Positions 1-7,179 of a stretch of 64,000 nucleotides of DNA are shown here, one piece after another. Origin of the DNA: Bacteroidales bacterium (GTDB lineage: Bacteria; Bacteroidota; Bacteroidia; Bacteroidales; VadinHA17). Below the pieces are notes generated by a model. It ran no database searches. It had not been told where the DNA came from and saw nothing but the letters and a program-made list of their open reading frames with translations. The stretch lies in NCBI GenBank assembly GCA_038245405.1, contig JBBRSO010000002.1, positions 2,366-66,365 on the forward strand, given 5' to 3'. A program made the position numbers and the translations under genes. Position 1 is the first letter of the stretch, and each line of letters starts with the position of its first letter.

Positions 1-180
1 GTTTCCGATAACGAAGGCTCAACCGTAAACCGCATAAACATAGGTGGTGGCTGGTACATGATCGATAACATATTGCTTAAGCTGGATTATGTTGTCCAGA
101 AATATGATGGGCCAGCCCATGGAGATATTAGCGGGGGAAAATTTAACGGGGTGGTTTTTGAGGCGGCTATTTCTTTCTAA
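1..180 (+). CDS. 3' end of an outer-membrane beta-barrel/porin-like protein (5' part lies outside the window)
   Basis: Frame 1 is open from the window edge to TAA at 178-180. The translation ...GGGWYMIDNILLKLDYVVQKYDG...GVVFEAAISF* has an alternating beta-strand pattern and the terminal Phe typical of OM barrels. Confidence 0.45.
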   Translation, partial: VSDNEGSTVNRINIGGGWYMIDNILLKLDYVVQKYDGPAHGDISGGKFNGVVFEAAISF

Positions 181-242
181 AATTTTAAAAGTGAACAGAT
201 TGTGCCATGCATCCGGGGGCGATGAGTTTTTTGCATACTGAT

Positions 243-944
243 ATGAAATTAAAATTTTTTATATACAGCTTTCTATTGGCAGCGGCCTTTCTATTGAAAT
301 ATAATTATGCGACAGGTCAGGAAAAAACTTTGTTGGAAACCGATTGTGAAAGCCACATCGAGATCCATGGCTCATCAAATGTTAATCAATTCCAATTGAT
401 TAACCATAATCCCAAAATTATCAGGCTTCCGGGCGGGGTTGAGGGCAAACAGCGTTACCAGCGTATCGAAGTTCCCGTTAATCAATTTAAAGGCGGCAAT
501 AACCGGTTGCGGAATGATTTTCTCGAAATGGTCAATGCTTCCGAATATCCTTTTATTATTATGGCCATTGAGCCGCGCAGTTTGGCAGAATGCAGGAAAA
601 ACAAGGGATTGTCTGATTTCAAAACAATAATCACCATCGCGGGCGTATCCAATAGCTATGTTGTGCCTTGCGGAATTGATACCTGTGAAAGTTCAGGCTA
701 TGTGCTTAAAGGTAATCTTGTAGTTAAATTAACGGATTTTGGGATTGAACCCCCTCAGAAATTTTTTGGGCTTGTGAAAGTCAATAACGAGGTTCTTATT
801 GACTATGTTTTCAGGTTTCAGACTGATGATGCCATTTTTCGGTTATCGATGCGTGAACAAACGGATTTATTTCTCACTCAGAAAGATCATTATACAAGTG
901 AGTTCCATCGAATACCTTTAAAATTTGAAAATACAATGAGATGA
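243..944 (+). CDS. secreted protein of unknown function (possibly YceI-like fold), first gene of the copper cluster
   Basis: The ORF track gives 207-944. The internal ATG at 243 starts a signal peptide (MKLKFFIYSFLLAAAFLL). The stop overlaps the next start (ATGA at 941-944), suggesting an operon with the oxidase. Function was not recognised with confidence. Confidence 0.5.
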   Translation: MKLKFFIYSFLLAAAFLLKYNYATGQEKTLLETDCESHIEIHGSSNVNQFQLINHNPKIIRLPGGVEGKQRYQRIEVPVNQFKGGNNRLRNDFLEMVNASEYPFIIMAIEPRSLAECRKNKGLSDFKTIITIAGVSNSYVVPCGIDTCESSGYVLKGNLVVKLTDFGIEPPQKFFGLVKVNNEVLIDYVFRFQTDDAIFRLSMREQTDLFLTQKDHYTSEFHRIPLKFENTMR

Positions 945-3114
945 AATTTAAAACAACTTTATTACTCTTAGCTTTATTTGTGGCAGCATTTACTGCACAG
1001 GCTCAAACAGATACTACTACTTACCAACTCACTCTGCGGCAGGAAACCGTGAACAAAGCCGGCAAAGACGTCAAGGGCATGACCATCAACGGGCAGATAC
1101 CCGGCCCAACACTGCGTTTTACCGAGGGGGATTATGCTGTTATATATGTCAAAAATGAGATGGATGTTGAGACTTCAATCCACTGGCATGGACTTTTATT
1201 GCCAAACTTTTATGATGGGGTACCCTATCTGACAACCCCACCCATTAAGCCCGGGGGAATCCAGAAATATGAATTTCCCTTAAAGCAATCCGGTACTTAT
1301 TGGTATCACTCACATACGATGCTTCAGGAACAAAGTGGCGTCTATGGTTCCATCGTGATTGAGCCCATAGAAAAGAAACTTGATTTTGACAAGGAACTGG
1401 TTTTGGTCTTGTCCGACTGGATCAATGAAAAACCGATGAATGCCCTGAGAACCCTGAAGCGGGGAAGTGAATGGTACCAAATAAAAAAAGGAACTGCTAA
1501 TCCTTTGAACCGCGTCATTTCCAGAGGAGCTTTGGGGGCACAGCTTAAATTTTGGAAACAACGTATGAATGGTGCAGACATTGCCGATATCTATTATCCG
1601 GCATTTCTGATAAACGGCAAGCAAAAACAGGAATATCCAGATTTAAAACCGGGAGAAAAAGTCAGGCTTCGCATTATCGACGGTGCGGCTTCAACCTCTT
1701 TCTAGATGACCTTCGGCGGGGTTGATCCTACCTTGGTTTCAGCCGACGGTAACAATGTTATACCAGTCGAGCGAAACAAAACCTTCATAGCCATTGCTGA
1801 AACCTATGATTTTATTGTAACGATTCCCGAAAACGGGGAAATTGAATTCCGGGCCACGGCTGCTGATGGTTCCGGGACAACGTCTGCCTATCTGGGACAA
1901 GGGAAAATCCTAGCTGCTCCGGATGTTCCCAAACCAGATAAGATTGGGATGATGAAACAGATGGCCAAAATGGATATGCGCATGGGTGCCCCGGCTTTAA
2001 AATTCAGACCGAAAAAGGATGATCCCAAAAAAATGAAAGATAAATGGGGACTGCAGATGGAAGGAAAAATGAATATGGCTATGGGGGACATGAAAGAGGG
2101 AAGCCAATCGGACGATACGAATTACAACTATTTGAGGTCTCCGGTAAAAACAACCTATCCGAAGGATGCACCAGTGCAAGAAATTTTGCTCAACCTAACA
2201 GGAAACATGAAACGTTATATCTGGAGCCTGAACGGCATTCCCCTTTCGGAAACGGGCAAAATAAAAATTAAGCAGGGAGAGGTCACCAGGATTACTTTGA
2301 ACAACCTGACAATGATGGATCATCCGATGCACTTGCATGGCCACTTCTTCAGGGTAATCAACAAAAATGGGGATTACTCTCCGCTTAAACACACGGTTAA
2401 TGTACCTGCCATGAATCAAGTTACTATTGAATTTTATGGACAAGAATACGGCGACTGGTTCTTCCATTGTCATATTCTCTATCATTTAGTGGGTGGGATG
2501 GCCAGGGTTATTAGCTACGATACTCCACGCGATCCCAGGTTGACAGGGTATCCTTTGAAGAAGCTCGTTCATGAAACCAATCGTTATTATACCTGGGGTT
2601 TGGCTGATCTGGCATCGCATAAAACAGCTTTGAACCTGGTTTCATCCAACATTAGAAACCAGTTTAACCTAAATGCCGAATATGGCTGGAACCAAAAAAT
2701 GGAGGCTGAATTTACTTATGAACGCTATTTGTACGATTATATCCGTGTATTTGCCGGTGTGAACGTGGAAAATACCAATCCAAACAGTCTTAACGATATT
2801 ATGACCACTGCCGTGGCCGGAATACGGTGGTTTACCCCATACATGTTTAACATGGACCTACGAATTGATAATGAGTTAAGGCCGAGGATCGGAATTGGCC
2901 GGGACTTGATGGTGTTTCCCCGGTTGTTAGCATTTGGATATTATGAATACAAATTTGACTTCGGCTGGGTCAACGATCTTTCGCCAAATAAAAATTTCGA
3001 AAAGGAAATTATTTGGAACGCCGGACTTGAATACATTCTCTCAAAGAATTTTTCTTTGATGCCAGCTTCGATAACCGCTTTGGTGTAGGTGGAGGTTTAA
3101 CTATAAGGTTCTAA
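941..3114 (+). pseudogene. multicopper oxidase (CopA/CueO-like) with a C-terminal beta-barrel-like extension, interrupted by an in-frame TAG and a terminal frameshift
   Basis: ORFs 941-1705 and 1706-3088 are in the same frame and are separated only by TAG 1703-1705. Together they carry the four MCO copper-ligand motifs (SIHWHGLL, YWYHSH, HPMHLHGH, HCHILYHLVGGM). Around the T-run at 3047-3060 the reading frame shifts. The alternative frame reads DASFDNRFGVGGGLTIRF* and ends at TAA 3112-3114. Confidence 0.8.
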
Positions 3115-3207
3115 TCCCATGTTTGGGAAAAGCATCTTCCGATATTTAGTTGAAATGGTTGCATTTGCATTGATATTACGAAATACACCCTCGGCAAGCT
3201 CTGCTCA

Positions 3208-3452
3208 GACAAATTCGATGTTTTGTGCTCGAAAATGTATGAATTTTGTAATTTATTTCAACAATTTTGTAACACTCTTCAAAGTAAAACTTTCCACCTT
3301 TGCAAACAGATAAATTAAAATTTTCTCAGACATAGAAAATGAAATGATTTATATCTTACATAAGGGAATAAATATTCAATATCAAAATGGGCAACAGCAT
3401 ATCTGAAGAATGGGCAACAGCATATCTGAAGAAAAATCTAATTCAAAAAGAC
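3208..3452 (+). promoter_or_regulatory. conserved upstream/leader region of the Met-rich protein gene (copy 1)
   Basis: About 245 bp align by eye at roughly 85% identity with 18986-19229, upstream of the paralog. Conserved elements are AATTTTGTAA at 3242-3251 and 3263-3272 (21-bp phasing), the palindrome TTTGCAAA at 3299-3306, and a perfect 23-bp tandem repeat TGGGCAACAGCATATCTGAAGAA at 3388-3410 and 3411-3433. Confidence 0.45.
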
Positions 3453-3995
3453 ATGAAAAATAAAAAAATGACTTCTACCATAATGGCTTCCTTGCTTATG
3501 CTCATGGGGTGCTTTATACCTGTCAACTCTTTTGCTCAAACAACAAACAAAGCTGTAGAGATGAAAGATGGTAAAATGATGGTTATTACAGATGGTAAAA
3601 CAATGCCTATGACCACTGAAATGACAATGAATAACGGAACAAAGTTTATGAAAAATGGCGAATTCATCACTAAGGACGGGAAAAAAATGAAGATGAAAGA
3701 AGGTGATAAGATGGATATGAGCGGGAATTTGACGCATGGTGATATGATGAACCAAGGTGATATGATGAACAATGATTACTATATGATGAAAAATGGTAAA
3801 ATGATGATGGTTATGAAGGACGGGAACGAAATGCCCATGACCAAAGATATGACTATGAAAAACGGAACCAAATTTATGATGAGTGGTGAATATATCATGA
3901 AAGACGGTAAAAAAATGAAAATGAAAGAGGGTGACAAGATCAATATGAACGGGAATATAAGTCATGGCGAAAAGATGATGGAAGGTAAGAAATAA
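3453..3995 (+). CDS. secreted methionine-rich tandem-repeat protein, putative periplasmic Cu(I)-binding protein
   Basis: The start was moved from 3387 to the ATG at 3453 because the paralog has a stop in the equivalent upstream frame. Signal peptide MKNKKMTSTIMASLLMLMGCFIPVNSFAQ. 34 of 151 mature residues are Met. There are two internal repeats of about 65 aa. Confidence 0.8.
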   Translation: MKNKKMTSTIMASLLMLMGCFIPVNSFAQTTNKAVEMKDGKMMVITDGKTMPMTTEMTMNNGTKFMKNGEFITKDGKKMKMKEGDKMDMSGNLTHGDMMNQGDMMNNDYYMMKNGKMMMVMKDGNEMPMTKDMTMKNGTKFMMSGEYIMKDGKKMKMKEGDKINMNGNISHGEKMMEGKK

Positions 3996-4282
3996 GAAAC
4001 CTGGGCGAAAACCTAAATTCACCTATAAAGGAATGAAGGAAGCGATGGGAAAATGAAATGATGAATAAGGAAAACCAGTCAGAACAGAAATAATACAATA
4101 ATCAAAATTAAACCAGGAATTATTTATTGATAAAGAAATAATGATTTAAATAAATTATTCGGGGTTGGGATTATAACGATTTATGACTTTTTGTAATTGA
4201 AAATTAATTTAATAGTTAAAAATCAGATTTGTGCATACTATGAAGCGTATTATATATTCACTTAATAAATAAGGAGGTTATT

Positions 4283-4426
4283 ATGGACATGGTACACGAT
4301 CCGGCAGCTTATGGATACGGGTTTCCCTGGCATTGGATTTTTGGAATAATTGTAGTTATTCTTGTTGGTTTTATAATTTTTAAGTTCATACAGCGAAAAA
4401 AGAAACAAAAATTCGATTCACACTGA
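4283..4426 (+). CDS. small (47 aa) single-pass membrane protein
   Basis: It is below the ORF-track cutoff. ATG 4283 is preceded by a canonical AAGGAGG (4271-4277) with a 5-nt spacer. Translation: MDMVHDPAAYGYGFPWHWIFGIIVVILVGFIIFKFIQRKKKQKFDSH*, i.e. an aromatic/Trp motif, one TM helix and a basic tail. Confidence 0.5.
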   Translation: MDMVHDPAAYGYGFPWHWIFGIIVVILVGFIIFKFIQRKKKQKFDSH

Positions 4427-4617
4427 GTTTTTCAAATAAGTCCTGTTCAACTACAGACTTTGATTAGTCGGTGTGTAGTTGCAAAAGAGAATCTTTTATT
4501 ATCGATTTGTTTTCGTAACAAAGTGAATCTTTATTGGAATAAGTAAAACTATGTTATCAGAACATTTCATTTACATTTTGAAATTCCTCAAATCATGTAG
4601 AAATTAAAATCTTAATT

Positions 4618-5133
4618 ATGAAAACCAGGATTATTCTTATTCTAAGCATCCCTGTCCTTTTATATGGCTGCAGCCAGACAAGCGACAAGGGACTAGGAAA
4701 TGGAACAGCGTGGGCGGTTGGATCATTCGATTCCAATGGCAAGCAGATCTATCTCAATTCCACAAGTCAACGCGGAACTCCAATCACTTATACCGGAGGT
4801 CCTGTAATGGGAATGATGATGACCGGAGGGAATCTTGCCTGCGCATCATGTCATGGTATTGATGGAAAGGGAGGTAAGCATGTGATGCATATGGAAGTAA
4901 TGGATTCCCCGGATATTCGTTGGACTGCATTGTCAATGCACCATCATGATAAAGGAGAAGCTGACTCATTAAAACAGCATAATGAAGAGGTTTATACCTT
5001 CGAAAACTTTAAAAACTCTGTTGAGAACGGCAAACATCCTGATGGAGATGAGGTCAGTAAGGATATGCCCCGCTGGAAAATGAGTGATGCAGATCTTAAA
5101 GATTTAATGGATTATCTTAAGTCATTGCAATAA
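4618..5133 (+). CDS. c-type cytochrome-like lipoprotein (CxxCH)
   Basis: Lipoprotein signal (LLYGCSQ). Haem-c motif in NLACASCHGIDGKGG, preceded by a Met run (GPVMGMMMTGG). Confidence 0.7.
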   Translation: MKTRIILILSIPVLLYGCSQTSDKGLGNGTAWAVGSFDSNGKQIYLNSTSQRGTPITYTGGPVMGMMMTGGNLACASCHGIDGKGGKHVMHMEVMDSPDIRWTALSMHHHDKGEADSLKQHNEEVYTFENFKNSVENGKHPDGDEVSKDMPRWKMSDADLKDLMDYLKSLQ

Positions 5134-5190
5134 CTGGCGCAATTTAAAGCCAGAATTTAAATTTTAAACTAACTTTTAATGTGAAATGTC

Positions 5191-5904
5191 ATGAGTTTAA
5201 GAAACATCTCAGGTTGTCTGATTTTATTCATTGGGACAGCATTTCCTGTAACCGGACAAGAAAATGAAAAAGGGAGCATGGCTGATATGTTTGTTCATCC
5301 TTTTCTGACGCATATGGCATTACCTGACCCGCCGGGAACAATGAGCCTGCGGTTAACTGCTTTTCAGCAAAGAATGGGATCGACGGTTGGTCAGGACTTA
5401 GGTGTACATATTGAAGCCGGTTTATTGCCAGGATTGGGAATACATATACGAAGTGACGGCATTAAGACGTCCCCTTACTCTGAAGTAATGTTAATGTACA
5501 GTTTTCTTCATGATGCAAACTATAATAATGGTTTAAGTATTTTCGGGCAGGTAAGCCTTCCTACAGGACCTGTTGAGTCAAATGCACTGAAGTATTTGTT
5601 TGGATTATCAGGTAGATTAACCATTCCTAAAATTATGGTTATGGACGCAAATATGCATATCAATTTAGCCGATAAAATGGCAGAATATGAAAGTTCATTT
5701 ATTTTTAAAGCAAGTAAGATGCTTTATCCTGAACTGGAATTCAGAGGGGTAATAAACAAAGATGCTATAAGTCTTTATTCACTTCTGGGTCTTAAATTCA
5801 GGATAGCTGACGAAATGGCCATTGGGGTTGGAATTCAGACTCCTATTACAACAACAAGAGAGTATGATACTCAGGCTTTAATGACTCTGGGAATTGCATT
5901 CTGA
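5191..5904 (+). CDS. putative outer-membrane beta-barrel protein
   Basis: Signal peptide (LILFIGTAFPVTGQ), alternating beta-strand pattern, and a C-terminal ...LGIAF*. Family not recognised. Confidence 0.55.
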   Translation: MSLRNISGCLILFIGTAFPVTGQENEKGSMADMFVHPFLTHMALPDPPGTMSLRLTAFQQRMGSTVGQDLGVHIEAGLLPGLGIHIRSDGIKTSPYSEVMLMYSFLHDANYNNGLSIFGQVSLPTGPVESNALKYLFGLSGRLTIPKIMVMDANMHINLADKMAEYESSFIFKASKMLYPELEFRGVINKDAISLYSLLGLKFRIADEMAIGVGIQTPITTTREYDTQALMTLGIAF

Positions 5905-5907
5905 TAA

Positions 5908-6027
5908 TCCCCTGACCCTCCAGAATTTTGGGGAATTGCCTCATTGGCTATTTTTATAGGAACCATAATAACCTATCCTATGAATTGGTGGATTGTTTCA
6001 ATTGGATGGAAACACGGAATGGCTTAG
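5908..6027 (+). pseudogene. relic of the C-terminus of a DUF4396-like membrane protein
   Basis: An open frame with no start codon begins right after the previous stop. It reads SPDPPEFWGIASLAIFIGTIITYPMNWWIVSIGWKHGMA* (TAG 6025-6027). From memory this resembles the last TM helix and tail of DUF4396 proteins found in copper loci. Only about 39 codons remain. Confidence 0.45.
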
Positions 6028-6075
6028 AGATTTATAATTGATTAGTGTAAATAAACCTATTTAAAATGAAGTAAA

Positions 6076-6681
6076 ATGATTAAAAGTATTATCCTAGGAT
6101 TAGCAATAGCTGGAACAGCTTTGGTAGCCTGCACTGGCACCGGAAACAAATCATTAGATGGCAATAACAACAGTAATGATATTAAGACCATATCTCAAAC
6201 TGATAATTCAACAGAATCAAAATTATCAGTTACAGATGTAGAGAAATCAGTTTCAATTAAAGGAATTGTTAGCGCATATTTAAAATTAAAAAATGCGTTT
6301 ACTGAAGACAATTCTGATGCTGCTGCCAAAGCAGGAAAGGCAATTGAAACGGCATTAAATAATTTTGATAAAACTAACATAACTGCTGATCAAAAGAAAA
6401 AATTTGAAGATATTGAAGTCGATGCAAAAGAACATGCAGAGCATATTGGGAAGAATAACGGAAATATTGCGCATCAGCGTGAACATTTTGAACTACTGAG
6501 CAAAGACATTTATGATCTTGTAAAAGATTTTGGGCCAGGACAAGCCTTATATAAAGATTTTTGTCCGATGTACAATAACGGGAAAGGTGCATTTTGGTTA
6601 AGTGAAACCAAAGAAATAAAAAACCCTTATTTTGGTAAATCAATGCCCTCCTGTGGCACAATTAAAGAAGAAATTAAATAG
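6076..6681 (+). CDS. DUF3347 domain-containing lipoprotein
   Basis: Lipoprotein signal (TALVACTG). The C-terminal ...DFCPMYNNGKGAFWLSETKEIKNPYFGKSMPSCG is characteristic of DUF3347 proteins in Bacteroidota metal loci. Confidence 0.75.
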   Translation: MIKSIILGLAIAGTALVACTGTGNKSLDGNNNSNDIKTISQTDNSTESKLSVTDVEKSVSIKGIVSAYLKLKNAFTEDNSDAAAKAGKAIETALNNFDKTNITADQKKKFEDIEVDAKEHAEHIGKNNGNIAHQREHFELLSKDIYDLVKDFGPGQALYKDFCPMYNNGKGAFWLSETKEIKNPYFGKSMPSCGTIKEEIK

Positions 6682-6691
6682 CAGGAACCTC

Positions 6692-7147
6692 ATGAAAAAG
6701 CTTCTTGTTGTTACTGGCATCCTATTTATTGCCATTCAATTTATAAGACCATCTCATAATAAAAAAGAACAGGTTCTGTCAGATGATATTTCAAAAGCAC
6801 TCATGGTTCCGGACAGTATTCAGAGTATATTAAAAAATTCCTGTTATGACTGTCATAGCAATAATACCCGATATCCCTGGTATTCAAATATACAACCCGT
6901 ATATTGGTTTATGAATAACGATATTAAGAAGGGTAAAAAGGAATTGAACTTTGATGAGTTTGGAAGTTATTCATCAAGAAGGCAACTAAGTAAACTAAAT
7001 GGAATCGAAAATGCAATAACAGAAGAGATCATGCCTCTCTCATCATATTTATTGATGCATAATACTGCCAGGCTTAGTACAAATGAAAAGACTATGCTGA
7101 TAAAATGGGCTCAACAATCAGAAGATAGCCTGTCAGCCAGTGAATAA
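6692..7147 (+). CDS. haem-binding domain-containing protein
   Basis: The start was moved to ATG 6692 (MKKLLVVTGILFIAIQF). The motif NSCYDCHSNNTRYPWYSNIQPVYWFMNNDIKKGKKELNFDEF matches the Haem_bd family. Confidence 0.75.
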   Translation: MKKLLVVTGILFIAIQFIRPSHNKKEQVLSDDISKALMVPDSIQSILKNSCYDCHSNNTRYPWYSNIQPVYWFMNNDIKKGKKELNFDEFGSYSSRRQLSKLNGIENAITEEIMPLSSYLLMHNTARLSTNEKTMLIKWAQQSEDSLSASE

Positions 7148-7166
7148 AGATGATTTCTAATCATCT
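7148..7166. terminator. hairpin between convergent genes (possible bidirectional terminator)
   Basis: AGATGATT (7148-7155), loop TCT, AATCATCT (7159-7166). This is a perfect 8-bp stem between the stop at 7147 (+) and the stop at 7180 (-). There is no clear U-tract. Confidence 0.3.
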
Positions 7167-7179
7167 TAGTGTTATGATA

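Noticed and set aside
1703-1705. TAG recoding (alternative genetic code, pyrrolysine or programmed read-through) as the explanation for the split oxidase.
   Set aside because: TAG terminates several well-defined neighbouring genes at the expected family length (for example 6679-6681, 25651-25653, 27095-27097, 30418-30420). The same gene also carries a frameshift. A nonsense mutation or an assembly error is simpler.
3119-3313. The 64-aa ORF over the conserved upstream region, and ORF 18847-19053 on the opposite strand over the paralogous region.
   Set aside because: The two conserved DNA copies yield ORFs on different strands and frames, so the conservation is not protein-coding.
3387-3452. 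The N-terminal extension MGNSISEEWATAYLKKNLIQKD of the Met-rich ORF as given in the ORF track.
   Set aside because: In the paralogous copy the same frame hits TAA after 12 codons (19165-19203). The extension is simply the translated 23-bp tandem repeat. The signal peptide starts at the ATG at 3453.
3438-4022. A long His-rich ORF (194 aa) antisense to the Met-rich gene, with its counterpart at 19290-19691 (133 aa).
   Set aside because: It is the mirror image of ATG-rich coding DNA (ATG read backwards gives CAT, His). It has no signal peptide or start context, and the sense-strand protein has a signal peptide and conserved repeat structure.
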